From Serratia ureilytica (GTDB lineage: Bacteria > Pseudomonadota > Gammaproteobacteria > Enterobacterales > Enterobacteriaceae): DNA of 24,000 nt. Position numbers and translations under genes: made by a program. This document shows, one piece after another, positions 9,555-17,945 of this stretch (positions are counted from its first letter, which is position 1; each line of letters begins with the position of its first letter). Below the pieces are notes generated by a model that searched no databases, was not told where the DNA came from, and was given only the letters and a program-made list of their open reading frames with translations. Location: assembly GCF_013375155.1 (NCBI RefSeq), contig NZ_JABXOF010000008.1, positions 189,751 through 213,750 on the forward strand, in the 5' to 3' direction.

Positions 9555-12500
9555 AGATCCTCAGCCTGCGGTTAAAAAACCTCAACTCGCTGCAGGGCGA
9601 ATGGAAAATTGACTTCACCGCCGAGCCTTTCGCCAGCAACGGCCTGTTCGCCATTACCGGCCCGACCGGCGCGGGCAAAACCACCCTGCTGGACGCCATT
9701 TGCCTGGCGCTGTATCACCAAACGCCGCGCCTCAACGTCACGCCGAGCCAGAATGAGCTGATGACCCGCCACACCGCCGAGTCGCTGGCGGAGGTCGAAT
9801 TCGAGGTCAAGGGCATCGGCTATCGCGCCTTTTGGAGCCAGCGCCGCGCCAAAAATGCGCCGGACGGCAATCTGCAGGCGCCGAAGGTCGAACTGGCGCG
9901 CCGCGAGGACGGCAAGATCCTGGCGGATAAGGTACGCGACAAGCTGGAGATCACCGCCGCCATCACCGGGCTGGACTTCGGCCGCTTCACCAAATCGATG
10001 ATGCTGTCTCAAGGGCAGTTTGCCGCGTTCCTCAACGCCGACGCCAACGATCGCGCCGAGCTGCTGGAAGAGCTGACCGGCACCGAAATCTACGGGCGGT
10101 TGTCCGAACAGGTGTTCGAGTCGCACAAGCAGGCCAAAACCGACCTGGATGCGTTGCACCAGCGCGCCAGCGGCATCGAGTTGCTGAATGATGAACAGCG
10201 CCACTCCCTGACTGAACAGCTGACGGCGCTGAGCGCGCAGGAAAGTGCTCTCGGCGAGCAAACTCAGCAACAGCAACAGGCGCTGAGCTGGCTGCAGCAA
10301 TGGCAACGCCTCCGGCAACAGCAAAACGAGGGTCAACGGCGGCTGGAAACCGCCCAGCGCGAGCAGGCCGAGGCCGCCCCGCAGTTGCAGCGGCTGGCGC
10401 TCAGCGAACCGGCCGAGAAATTGCGGCCGCTGCGCGGCGAACGCGATCGCTGCCGCACCGAGCTACAAACGATACAACAGCAGGCTGCCCAGCTGACGCA
10501 GCAACAGGAACAGCACTCGGCGCAGCTGGCACCGCTGCAGCAGGCGGTGGAAAAAGCCCGCCTGGCGCAGCAAACCCATGCCGAGCATATGCGGCAGCAG
10601 CAACAGCTGATCGATGAGCAAGTCGCTCCGCTTGACCACCAAATAGCCCAACTGCAGTCGACACAGGCCGAACGGCGACAGGCCGTCGATGCCGCCGCGC
10701 AGCAGTGCGCCCAGCAGCAAACGACGCTGGAGCAGCTCACCGCTCAGCGCAGCCAGCTGACAACGCAGGCCGCACAGTTTCAGCAGCAGTTGAATGCGCT
10801 GAGTGATGCGCTGGCCGCTCAACAGCAACAGCAGCAGGCACTGGAGGCGAAAACGCCGCTGGCCCCGCTGCGCCAGCGCCTGAGCGCCCTGGCAGACCTG
10901 CGCCCAACGCGCCAGCAGCTGTTTACTCTATCCTCTTTGTCGCAGCAAATCGTTAAACGGCTGGAACAGCAGCGGCAAGAGCTAAACATCGGTCAACATG
11001 AACTGACCCAGTTGGAGCCACAGCTAGAACTCATCCGTCAGCAATTTAAGCAGCAGAAAGCACACCAGGCCGATGTTGAAAAAACCTATGCGCTGGAACA
11101 ACGGATCGTGGGTCTGGAGGCCGAGCGCGCCCGTTTGCAACCCGGCGCCCCCTGCCCGCTGTGCGGCTCATGCGAGCATCCGGCGGTAGAGCAATACCAA
11201 GAGGTAAAACTGTCAGAAACTGCGCAACGTCTGGAGCAAATGAAAGTCCAGACCGAAGCATTGCAAAAACAAGGCGTCGAGCTGCGAGCCCGTTACGACA
11301 ACCTGCAACAGCAGTTGCAGCGCCAACAGCAAACCATCGCTCAGGATGAACAGCAGCTGGCTGCCCAACAGCAGCAGTGGCGGCAGCTCAGCGCACCGCT
11401 GGCGTTCGACTTTACGTTGGCGGATGGCGAGCAACTCAGCGCCTGGCTGAACGGCTGCGACGACGAAGAACGGCGCGGGCAACAGGCGCTGCAGCAGCAT
11501 GAACAGGCGGCGCAGGCGGTACAGCAGGCAAAAGACGCGCTCGCCGCTCTGCAAACGCAGCAGCAGCAGGCGCAGCAACAGCTGGCGCTGCTCGAAGAGC
11601 GCTTTACGCTGCTGCAGAAAACCCATGCCGACAGCCTGCAACAGCAGCAAGACCTGCAACAACGCTGGCAGGAAGGCGAGAAAACCCTCGCCGAGCGGCG
11701 TACGCAGCGGTTGGCGCTGTTCGGCGAACAGCGGGTCGCCGAGGTGCGGGAACAGCTGCGCGCCAAACAAACCGCCTGTGAACAGGCTTGCTTGCAGGCC
11801 GCCGAGCAGTGGCAAAAGGCGCAGGAGCTGCGCGAACGCCTGGCCGGCCAACAGGCCGGGTTACAACAACAGCACACCCAAATGCAGGAACGGCTGCAGC
11901 AGGCGCAGCAGCAATGGCAGCAGGCGCTGGCCGACAGCGAATTCGCCGATGAAACCGCCTTCGCCGCCGCGCTGCTGGACGACGCCCTGCGCCGCGAATT
12001 GCAGCAGCGCAAAGAGCAACTGCAACAGCGGCAGGTAGAGGCTGCGGCCCTGCTGACTCAGGCGACGCAAACGCTGGAGCAGCATCGGCTGAACCTCCCT
12101 GAAGGGGTGGATGAAGCCAACGCGGATCTCGACGCGCTCACCCAATCGCTGGCCGAGCTGGCACAGCAGTTGAAGGCGCTGCAGCTGAGCCAGGGCGAAC
12201 TGCGCAACCAGCTGGAAAGCGACGCCGTCCGTCGTCTCAATCAACAGGCGCTGTTCGAGCAAATCGCCCGCAGCCAGCAAGACTACGACGACTGGAGCTA
12301 CCTCAACCAGCTGATCGGCTCGAAAGAAGGCGACAAGTTCCGCCGTTTCGCTCAGGGGCTGACGCTCGATCATCTGGTCTATCTGGCCAACCGGCAGCTC
12401 GGCCGGCTGCACGGGCGCTACCTGCTGCAGCGCAAAACCAGCGACGCGCTGGAGCTGCAGGTGGTGGACACCTGGCAGGCCGATGCGCTGCGCGATACCC

Positions 12501-12802
12501 GCACCCTGTCCGGCGGCGAGAGCTTCCTGGTCAGCCTGGCGCTGGCGCTGGCGTTGTCCGATCTGGTTAGCCACAAAACCAGCATCGACTCGCTGTTCCT
12601 CGACGAAGGCTTCGGCACGCTGGACGCCGAAACCCTCGATACCGCGCTGGACGCGCTGGACAGCCTGAATGCTTCCGGTAAAACCATTGGCGTGATCAGC
12701 CACGTCGAGGCGATGAAAGAGCGTATTCCGGTGCAAATCAAGGTGAAAAAGGTCAACGGGCTTGGCGTCAGCCGGCTGGAGGCGCACTTCAGGCTGGAAT
12801 GA
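9551..12802 (+). CDS. sbcC: Exonuclease SbcCD, ATPase subunit SbcC (Rad50-like SMC protein).
   Basis: An N-terminal Walker A ([14 protein letters not shown]) is followed by a very long Gln/Leu/Ala-rich coiled coil. A central zinc-hook CPLC sits at 11153-11164. The C-terminus has the signature [17 protein letters not shown] and Walker [12 protein letters not shown]. Confidence 0.95.
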   Translation: MKILSLRLKNLNSLQGEWKIDFTAEPFASNGLFAITGPTGAGKTTLLDAICLALYHQTPRLNVTPSQNELMTRHTAESLAEVEFEVKGIGYRAFWSQRRAKNAPDGNLQAPKVELARREDGKILADKVRDKLEITAAITGLDFGRFTKSMMLSQGQFAAFLNADANDRAELLEELTGTEIYGRLSEQVFESHKQAKTDLDALHQRASGIELLNDEQRHSLTEQLTALSAQESALGEQTQQQQQALSWLQQWQRLRQQQNEGQRRLETAQREQAEAAPQLQRLALSEPAEKLRPLRGERDRCRTELQTIQQQAAQLTQQQEQHSAQLAPLQQAVEKARLAQQTHAEHMRQQQQLIDEQVAPLDHQIAQLQSTQAERRQAVDAAAQQCAQQQTTLEQLTAQRSQLTTQAAQFQQQLNALSDALAAQQQQQQALEAKTPLAPLRQRLSALADLRPTRQQLFTLSSLSQQIVKRLEQQRQELNIGQHELTQLEPQLELIRQQFKQQKAHQADVEKTYALEQRIVGLEAERARLQPGAPCPLCGSCEHPAVEQYQEVKLSETAQRLEQMKVQTEALQKQGVELRARYDNLQQQLQRQQQTIAQDEQQLAAQQQQWRQLSAPLAFDFTLADGEQLSAWLNGCDDEERRGQQALQQHEQAAQAVQQAKDALAALQTQQQQAQQQLALLEERFTLLQKTHADSLQQQQDLQQRWQEGEKTLAERRTQRLALFGEQRVAEVREQLRAKQTACEQACLQAAEQWQKAQELRERLAGQQAGLQQQHTQMQERLQQAQQQWQQALADSEFADETAFAAALLDDALRRELQQRKEQLQQRQVEAAALLTQATQTLEQHRLNLPEGVDEANADLDALTQSLAELAQQLKALQLSQGELRNQLESDAVRRLNQQALFEQIARSQQDYDDWSYLNQLIGSKEGDKFRRFAQGLTLDHLVYLANRQLGRLHGRYLLQRKTSDALELQVVDTWQADALRDTRTLSGGESFLVSLALALALSDLVSHKTSIDSLFLDEGFGTLDAETLDTALDALDSLNASGKTIGVISHVEAMKERIPVQIKVKKVNGLGVSRLEAHFRLE

Positions 12803-12858
12803 TCCCGCCGCGCGCGGCGCAGAAGTGTGACCGTGGCGGCACTCCGCGGTGAAAAGCG

Positions 12859-12886
12859 TTGAGCCGCGGCGAGCACGGGTTATTAT
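12859..12886 (+). promoter_or_regulatory. Putative promoter of the bglG-like leader.
   Basis: A -35-like TTGAGC (12859-12864), a 16-bp spacer and a -10-like TATTAT (12881-12886) would place the transcription start just upstream of the RAT, which begins at 12899. An inverted repeat, TTATGC-AG-GCATAA (12883-12896), overlaps the -10. Confidence 0.35.
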
Positions 12887-12898
12887 GCAGGCATAACA

Positions 12899-12964
12899 GG
12901 ATTGTTACTGTATCCCCTCCGCCGCTCAGGCCGCAGGGCAGAAAGATAAAATACAGGCAAAACC
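12899..12964 (+). promoter_or_regulatory. RAT (ribonucleic antiterminator) element for a BglG/SacY/LicT-type antiterminator, with an expanded apical region.
   Basis: The 5' half GGATTGTTACTG (12899-12910) and 3' half CAGGCAAAACC (12954-12964) are identical to the canonical RAT halves (E. coli bgl GGATTGTTACTGCATTCGCAGGCAAAACC). They are separated by 43 nt rather than about 6. TAT (12911-12913) and ATA (12951-12953) extend the upper stem. The 3' end overlaps the 5' arm of the downstream terminator. Confidence 0.75.
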
Positions 12965-13000
12965 TGACGCCCGGGATCGCTTCCGGGCGTCAGGTTTTTT
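12961..13000 (+). terminator. Rho-independent terminator/attenuator in the bglG-like leader, mutually exclusive with the RAT.
   Basis: A perfect 14-bp stem, AACCTGACGCCCGG (12961-12974) with CCGGGCGTCAGGTT (12983-12996), encloses an 8-nt loop and is followed by a T-run to 13000. It lies 34 nt upstream of the bglG-like ATG. Confidence 0.9.
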
Positions 13001-13033
13001 CGTTTTCAGGATGCTGAAACACCGGGAAAAACC

Positions 13034-13882
13034 ATGAAAATCGCTAAAATACTCAATAATAACGTGGTGATTACGCTGGACGACCGTCAGGCAGAGACGG
13101 TGGTGATGGGAAAAGGAATCGGCTTTAAAAAGAAGCCCGGCGATACGCTGGACGAAAGCCTGATCGAAAAGGTCTTCACCCATAACGGCGGAGAAATCGC
13201 CGAGCGCTATAAAGAGCTGCTCGCCGAGATCCCATTGGCCTGCGTCACCACCGCCGACAGAATCATCACCCTCGCCCGCGAACGCCTGCCGGGCAAGCTA
13301 CATAACATCGTCTACATCACGCTGACCGATCACATCCACTTCGCCCTGCAGCGCCATGCGCAAGGGCTGGATATCAAAAATGCGCTGCTGTGGGAGATTA
13401 AAAAACTCTATCCGGCCGAATTCGCCGTCGGGCTGGAGGCGCTGGCCCTGATCGCCCAACGGCTGGATACCGCGCTGCCGGAAGACGAAGCCGGATTTAT
13501 CGCCCTACACCTGGTCAACGCTCAGCTTAACGACGAGATGCACAACACGCTGCACATCACCCGCGTGATGCAAGAGATCCTCAACCTGGTCAAATACCAC
13601 TTCCGCTTTGATTACAATGAGGAAGCCCTGAGCTACCACCGGTTCGTCACCCACTTGAAATTTTTCGCCCAACGGCTGCTGGGGAAAAACTACGTCGACA
13701 GCGACGACGATTCGCTGTATCAGGTGGTGAAAGAGAAGTACCCCGAGTCATTCGCCTGCGCCGGTAAGATCAACCGCCACATCGAAAAGCACTATCAGCA
13801 TCAGCTCACCACGGAAGAGATGATGTTTCTGACCATTCATATCGAACGGGTGCGCAGCGAAAGCGAGGAAAAGCCGGCTTAA
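13034..13882 (+). CDS. bglG: BglG/LicT/SacY-family transcription antiterminator (CAT RNA-binding domain plus two PRDs).
   Basis: The 282-aa protein reads MKIAKILNNNVVITLDDRQAETVVMGKGIGFKKKPGDTLDESLIEKVF (CAT domain). PRD signatures follow: YITLTDHIHFALQR, GFIALHLVNAQ, RFVTHLKFFAQR and MFLTIHIERV. The cognate RAT/terminator leader lies immediately upstream. The symbol denotes family membership only; orthology to E. coli bglG is not shown. Confidence 0.9.
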   Translation: MKIAKILNNNVVITLDDRQAETVVMGKGIGFKKKPGDTLDESLIEKVFTHNGGEIAERYKELLAEIPLACVTTADRIITLARERLPGKLHNIVYITLTDHIHFALQRHAQGLDIKNALLWEIKKLYPAEFAVGLEALALIAQRLDTALPEDEAGFIALHLVNAQLNDEMHNTLHITRVMQEILNLVKYHFRFDYNEEALSYHRFVTHLKFFAQRLLGKNYVDSDDDSLYQVVKEKYPESFACAGKINRHIEKHYQHQLTTEEMMFLTIHIERVRSESEEKPA

Positions 13883-14265
13883 CGGCGGGCGTCCGCCACC
13901 CGCACGCCGTACTGCGGAAACACCGCGTCGGCGGAGATCAGCGTCAGCCCCTCGGCCTGCGCCTGTGCGATCAGCATGCGATCGAAAGGATCTTGATGAT
14001 GGGGCGGCAGCTGCCCGGCCTGTTGGCAGTGAAAGGCGTCCATCGGCAAAGACAGAAAATCCTCGGCCTCGATGATCGCAAAGATGTCTTCCGGCAGCGC
14101 CAGTTTGCCCAGCGCCTGCTTGATCGAGATCTCCCAAATGCTGGCCGCGCTGACGTACACCGCATTGCCCGGATCGGCGATCTGCCTTTTGGCGTTCACG
14201 CCCAGGCAGGCGTCGTCGATCAGCCACCACAGCAACGCGTGGGTATCCAGCAACAGGCGCTTCAT
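13879..14265 (-). CDS. vapC: VapC-family PIN-domain toxin (type II TA).
   Basis: The 128-aa protein reads MKRLLLDTHALLWW...ASIWEISIKQALGKL...HHQDPFDRMLIAQA, with PIN acidic residues in the LLDTH, WEI and DPFDR contexts. Its start overlaps the antitoxin stop (ATGA at 14262-14265). Confidence 0.9.
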   Translation of the reverse strand: MKRLLLDTHALLWWLIDDACLGVNAKRQIADPGNAVYVSAASIWEISIKQALGKLALPEDIFAIIEAEDFLSLPMDAFHCQQAGQLPPHHQDPFDRMLIAQAQAEGLTLISADAVFPQYGVRVADARR

Positions 14266-14495
14266 TCATCGCCCTCAAACAACGCCGCAATGGCCGCATC
14301 CCCGGCGTTGAAATCCGCCGGCACGGTGAACCTGCCCTTGGCGGCGCCAGGGCGGCGCGCTTCCCCCTTGATGGCGACCAGCTGTACGTACGGCTTCCCT
14401 GCTTTTGCAATAATCACGGTTTCTCCCTCCGCGGCTCTGTCCGCCAACTGGCTCAGATTGGATTTGGCTTCGTGCATATTGGCCTGAATCGGCAT
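14262..14495 (-). CDS. Phd/YefM-family antitoxin partnered with VapC.
   Basis: The 77-aa protein reads MPIQANMHEAKSNLSQLADRAAEGETVIIAKAGKPYVQLVAI..., the typical Phd/YefM N-terminal fold signature. A GGAGGA RBS (complement of 14501-14506) lies 5 nt upstream of the ATG at 14495. Confidence 0.85.
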   Translation of the reverse strand: MPIQANMHEAKSNLSQLADRAAEGETVIIAKAGKPYVQLVAIKGEARRPGAAKGRFTVPADFNAGDAAIAALFEGDE

Positions 14496-14506
14496 ACGCG
14501 TCCTCC

Positions 14507-14552
14507 TTAGCTAAGTTAGCTAAAGCATAAAGCGCCGTCCAGTTTTTGTACA
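14507..14552 (-). promoter_or_regulatory. Putative vapBC promoter with a tandem palindromic operator.
   Basis: TTAGCTAA-G-TTAGCTAA (14507-14523) comprises two copies of an 8-bp palindrome between the RBS and a -10-like TATGCT (minus strand, 14524-14529). A 17-bp spacer separates that from a -35-like TGTACA (14547-14552). Confidence 0.55.
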
Positions 14553-14563
14553 GTGAAGGGTTT

Positions 14564-14587
14564 AAAGCGCGAGCAGCCTCGCGCTTT
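14564..14587 (-). terminator. Hairpin downstream of mak, a probable terminator.
   Basis: AAAGCGCGAG-CAGC-CTCGCGCTTT forms a 10-bp perfect stem 11 nt after the mak stop. The U-tract on the minus strand is limited to the 3 T that lie within the stem, so the assignment is tentative. Confidence 0.5.
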
Positions 14588-14597
14588 GTTGCAACGC

Positions 14598-15512
14598 TTA
14601 GCGCTGCTGTTGCGGCCACAGCCAGGCCGCACCGCGCACGCCGCTGGAGTCGCCGTGAACGGCCTTGCGGATCGGCGTTTCACACTCGCCGCCGAACACC
14701 CAGCCTTTCACCAGTTGCGGCACCGTGCGATACAGACGATCCACGTTGCTCATACCGCCGCCGAGCACCACCACATCCGGATCCAGCATGTTGATCACGT
14801 GCGCCAGCGATTTCGCCAGCCGCATTTCGTAGCGGCCAATCGCCTGCTCCGCCAACGCATCGCCCCGCTCGCTCAGCGCCATGATCTCATGCCCTTGCAG
14901 CGCATTGCCGCTCAGGCGCGCATAGTCGGTGGCGAAACCGGTGCCGGAAACAAAGGTTTCGATGCAACCCGGCTTGCCGCAGTAACACGGCACTTCGCGG
15001 GCGTAACGCAGCTCATCGTCATCCTGCCACGGCAGCGGATTGTGCCCCCATTCACCGGCGATGCCGTTGCCGCCGGCATGCGCCTGGCCGTTCAGCGCCA
15101 CGCCGGCGCCGCAGCCGGTGCCGATGATAACCGCAAACACGGTTTTCGCGCCGGCGCCGGCGCCATCGGTGGCTTCCGACACCGCCAGACAGTTGGCATC
15201 GTTGGCGATGCGCACCTCTCGCGTCAGCAGCGCAGACAGATCCTCGTCCAGCGGTTGGCCGTTGAGCCACACCGAGTTGGCGTTTTTCACCCGCCCGGTA
15301 AACGGCGACAGCGTGCCGGGAATGCCGATCCCGACCGATCCCCGTTCGCCGGTATGATCCTCGGCCAGTTTCACCAGCCCGGCGATCGCCGCCAGAGTTT
15401 GCCGGTAGTCATGGCGCGGCGTGGCGATACGATGGCGAAACAGCTCCCGCCCGTCGTCCGCCAACGCAATCACTTCAATTTTCGTTCCACCCAAATCGAT
15501 GCCAATGCGCAC
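14598..15512 (-). CDS. mak: Fructokinase / manno(fructo)kinase Mak (ROK family).
   Basis: [17 protein letters not shown]...[13 protein letters not shown]...[15 protein letters not shown]...[15 protein letters not shown]...[10 protein letters not shown]...CYCGK.GCIETF.SGTG...[15 protein letters not shown]. It is colinear with E. coli Mak, and the ROK zinc motif CYCGKPGC is present. Confidence 0.95.
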   Translation of the reverse strand: MRIGIDLGGTKIEVIALADDGRELFRHRIATPRHDYRQTLAAIAGLVKLAEDHTGERGSVGIGIPGTLSPFTGRVKNANSVWLNGQPLDEDLSALLTREVRIANDANCLAVSEATDGAGAGAKTVFAVIIGTGCGAGVALNGQAHAGGNGIAGEWGHNPLPWQDDDELRYAREVPCYCGKPGCIETFVSGTGFATDYARLSGNALQGHEIMALSERGDALAEQAIGRYEMRLAKSLAHVINMLDPDVVVLGGGMSNVDRLYRTVPQLVKGWVFGGECETPIRKAVHGDSSGVRGAAWLWPQQQR

Positions 15513-15728
15513 GTATTTTTCTCCTCGATGCCGCGCAGCGTTGCCACAGCCTAATGTAAGCGCGCGAATGAATCACCTGTTTCCCACCCTCCGTCCCGTC
15601 CTTTCTCGCTGCGTAAAGCGACGCAATTCAGAGAGAATGGGGCGATTTTTCAGCGTCAATTCGTTATCATGCCGCCCTGCTTTTGACGAATCAGCGTGCC
15701 GAACGCACGCCCAGCCTGGGATAACATT

Positions 15729-16640
15729 ATGCTGTGGTTTAAGAATTTGATGGTTTACCGTTTGAGCCGCGAAGTGGCGCTAAACGCGGATGAAATGGAA
15801 AAACAACTCAGCGCGTTCGCCTTCACGCCGTGCGGCAGCCAGGACATGGCGAAGACCGGCTGGGTCTCCCCGATGGGCTCGCACAGCGATGCGCTGACGC
15901 ACGCGGTCAACGGTCAGATCGTCATCTGCGCGCGCAAAGAAGAGAAAATCCTGCCGTCGCCGGTCATCAAGCAAGAGCTGCAGGCCAAGATTGAGCGCCT
16001 GGAGGCGGAACAACACCGCAAACTGAAGAAGACCGAGAAAGACGCGCTGAAGGACGAAGTGCTGCACAGCCTGCTGCCGCGCGCATTCAGCCGCTTCAAC
16101 CAGACCTTCATGTGGATCGACACCGTCAACGATCTGATCATGGTCGATGCCGCCAGCGCCAAACGCGCCGAAGATACGCTGGCGCTGCTGCGCAAGAGCC
16201 TCGGCTCGCTGCCGGTGGTGCCGCTGACCATGGAAAGCCCGATCGAACTGACGCTGACCGAATGGGTGCGTTCCGGCGAGATGCCGGCCGGCTTCGCCAT
16301 TCAGGATGAAGCGGAACTGAAAGCGATTCTGGAAGAAGGCGGCGTGATCCGCTGCAAGAAACAGAATCTGATCAGCGACGAAATCGCGGTGCACATCGAA
16401 GCCGGCAAGCTGGTAACCAAGCTGGCGGTGGATTGGCAGGAGCGCATTCAGCTGATGCTGTCGGACGACGGCTCGCTCAAGCGCCTGAAGTTCGCCGACA
16501 CGCTGCGCGAGCAGAACGACGATATAGATCGCGATGACTTCGCCCAGCGCTTTGACGCCGACTTTATCCTGATGACCAGCGAGCTGGCGGCGTTGATCAA
16601 AAACACCATCGAAGCGCTCGGCGGCGAAGCCCAGCGTTAA
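15729..16640 (+). CDS. rdgC: Recombination-associated protein RdgC.
   Basis: From ATG 15729 the protein reads [15 protein letters not shown]...[49 protein letters not shown]...LGGEAQR. At 303 aa it has the same length as E. coli RdgC and is near-identical to it. The track start at 15696 is an unsupported extension. Confidence 0.97.
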   Translation: MLWFKNLMVYRLSREVALNADEMEKQLSAFAFTPCGSQDMAKTGWVSPMGSHSDALTHAVNGQIVICARKEEKILPSPVIKQELQAKIERLEAEQHRKLKKTEKDALKDEVLHSLLPRAFSRFNQTFMWIDTVNDLIMVDAASAKRAEDTLALLRKSLGSLPVVPLTMESPIELTLTEWVRSGEMPAGFAIQDEAELKAILEEGGVIRCKKQNLISDEIAVHIEAGKLVTKLAVDWQERIQLMLSDDGSLKRLKFADTLREQNDDIDRDDFAQRFDADFILMTSELAALIKNTIEALGGEAQR

Positions 16641-16658
16641 TCCCGCCTCAGAAACGAC

Positions 16659-16684
16659 CAGGGCCCAGCATCCGCTGAGCCCTG
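16659..16684. terminator. Hairpin between the convergent rdgC and ppnP genes, a possible bidirectional terminator lacking U-tracts.
   Basis: CAGGGC-C-CAGC-ATCC-GCTG-A-GCCCTG forms 10 paired bases with one mismatch. There is no T-run on either side, so terminator function is speculative. Confidence 0.3.
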
Positions 16685-16705
16685 CGTTCCCCTAACGAAC
16701 AAAAT

Positions 16706-16996
16706 TTATTTGCTCAGATAGCGGCACAGATAGGCGGTCGCGTCGGCCACCTGCAGGTTGAACTCGCTGTGCCCCGGCACGAAGAACTTCTCGCCCGGCG
16801 TAAACACCTGCCAGTCCGGCGCCCCCGGCAGCAGCACTTTCAGCGCCCCGGTGATCACCGTCATTTCTTCCGGCTGCGCGGTGGAGAAGGTGTATTCGCC
16901 CTCTTCCATCACGCCCACGCTGGTAAGACCGATGCTGCTACTGTCAAAACCGATAGACTTCACTTTTCCGGCAAAATACTCATTCACTTTCAGCAT
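16706..16996 (-). CDS. ppnP: Pyrimidine/purine nucleoside phosphorylase PpnP (YaiE, DUF1255).
   Basis: The 96-aa protein reads [62 protein letters not shown]...[20 protein letters not shown], which closely matches E. coli YaiE/PpnP. Confidence 0.95.
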   Translation of the reverse strand: MLKVNEYFAGKVKSIGFDSSSIGLTSVGVMEEGEYTFSTAQPEEMTVITGALKVLLPGAPDWQVFTPGEKFFVPGHSEFNLQVADATAYLCRYLSK

Positions 16997-17147
16997 AGAC
17001 TGGCACCCGCGTAATCATCTTGATGGAAAATCCATATTGGGGGATTGCGGTTGATCTGTCACTGGTTTTTCGCGCGAAATGCGATCGCGGCGCAGAGGCA
17101 AAGGTTTCCGTGCGTCACGCTCAGGCCATCGCCATGAAACCACCGCG

Positions 17148-17945
17148 TCAAAAACCCACGCCGCGTAAACTGAAATCGATCGGCAACGTCAACTCCACCG
17201 TGCCGTTGACGTAAGCGTCCGCCGGCGGCGTCGGCAGCGGCGAAGCGCGCTTGACCAGCGCCTGGATTTCACGATCCAGCGACGGCAGCCCGGCGCTGCT
17301 GACCAGCGTTACCGCCAGCACATGGCCCTGCCTGTCCAACGTAAAACGCACCTGCCCGACGCCCTGGCGCTTCAGCCGCAATGCGTCTTTGGGGTAACGC
17401 TTAAAGCGATTAAGGCGGCTGTTGATGCGGCTGCGCCAGCTATCCTCTCCTGTCTGCGCATAGGGCATCAGGCGGGTTTGCGGCGCGGCCGTTTTATCCG
17501 CCCGGCCCGGCGGCGGCGCGCCGGCGCTTTGCTCCTGAACCTTCGGCGGCGCGATCGTTTTCTCCTGCGGCGGCGTGCGCGACAGGTTTTTTTTCTTCAC
17601 CGGCTTGGGCGGTTTTTTCTGCTTCGGCGGTACGGCGATGTTCGGCCGTACGGCTTCAGGCACCTTCACCGTCGGCAAGGGTTCCGGCGGTGCCGGCGGT
17701 TCAACCTGAGGCGGCGGCGTCCTTTGTCCCGGCGGTTGTTTTACCTCGGCCGGGGCCTGCGGTGCGGCGGCCATCAGCACCATGACCGCCGGCGGTGGCA
17801 CCCACGGCGGCGCGGCCTTGTCTCGCCAGGGCCAGAGCAGCGCCGCGGCCAGCAGATGCAGCGTCAGCACCAGCACCAGGCAGCGGCGCCAGGGCATGGC
17901 GGCACCGGGTGCGGCGAAAGGCAGCGACGAAACCGACATGCTCAC
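17148..17945 (-). CDS. hasB: HasB, the TonB paralog dedicated to the Has hemophore receptor.
   Basis: The protein has an N-terminal membrane anchor (LVLVLTLHLLAAALLW), a long Pro/Lys-rich spacer and a C-terminal TonB domain (RFKRYPKDALRLKRQGVGQVRFTLDRQGHVLAVTLVSSAGLPSLDREIQALV). It is the last gene of the has operon, and its start overlaps the hasE stop (ATGA at 17942-17945). A Met two codons downstream is an alternative start. Confidence 0.9.
   Translation of the reverse strand: MSMSVSSLPFAAPGAAMPWRRCLVLVLTLHLLAAALLWPWRDKAAPPWVPPPAVMVLMAAAPQAPAEVKQPPGQRTPPPQVEPPAPPEPLPTVKVPEAVRPNIAVPPKQKKPPKPVKKKNLSRTPPQEKTIAPPKVQEQSAGAPPPGRADKTAAPQTRLMPYAQTGEDSWRSRINSRLNRFKRYPKDALRLKRQGVGQVRFTLDRQGHVLAVTLVSSAGLPSLDREIQALVKRASPLPTPPADAYVNGTVELTLPIDFSLRGVGF

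Noticed and set aside
9572-12787. Many overlapping ORFs on both strands inside sbcC (for example 9572..10336 -, 10333..10740 -, 11213..11851 -, 11341..12012 -, 11499..12038 +, 11861..12787 -), together with conspicuous CAG/CAA/CTG repetition.
   Set aside because: The repetition reflects the Gln/Leu/Ala-rich heptad coiled coil of SbcC (Rad50-like). It is not a tandem DNA repeat with a fixed unit, not a CRISPR array and not a set of nested genes. The alternative-frame products are Cys/Ser/Ala or Leu/Gln low-complexity artefacts.
12807-12851. GC-rich palindromes just after sbcC, considered as an sbcDC terminator: CGCCGCGCGCGGCG at 12807-12820, and ACCGTGG...CCGCGGT at about 12829-12849.
   Set aside because: Neither is followed by a U-tract. 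Their function as an intrinsic terminator cannot be supported from sequence alone. The first convincing terminator downstream is the RAT-coupled one at 12961-13000.
12926-13183. An 85-aa minus-strand ORF spanning the RAT/terminator and the 5' end of the bglG-like gene.
   Set aside because: It overlaps a clearly structured RNA leader and the CAT-domain coding region on the other strand. It has no RBS and no recognisable protein features.
13748-14410. A 220-aa minus-strand ORF overlapping vapC and the antitoxin in another frame, and the 141-aa ORF 21692..22117 (-) overlapping the hasR 3' end.
   Set aside because: Both are alternative frames of genes with strong family signatures. Their products are Arg/Gly/Ala/Pro-rich with no motifs.
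17068-17079. A 12-bp perfect palindrome, TTTCGCGCGAAA, upstream of ppnP. Its TCGCGCGAAA core recurs at 5007-5016.
   Set aside because: With only two short occurrences and no known matching regulator motif, this is compatible with chance. I noted it but do not claim it as a site.
17020-17214. A 64-aa plus-strand ORF in the ppnP-hasB gap.
   Set aside because: It runs into the hasB 3' end on the opposite strand. It has no RBS, and its composition is not protein-like. The gap is better explained as the ppnP promoter region.
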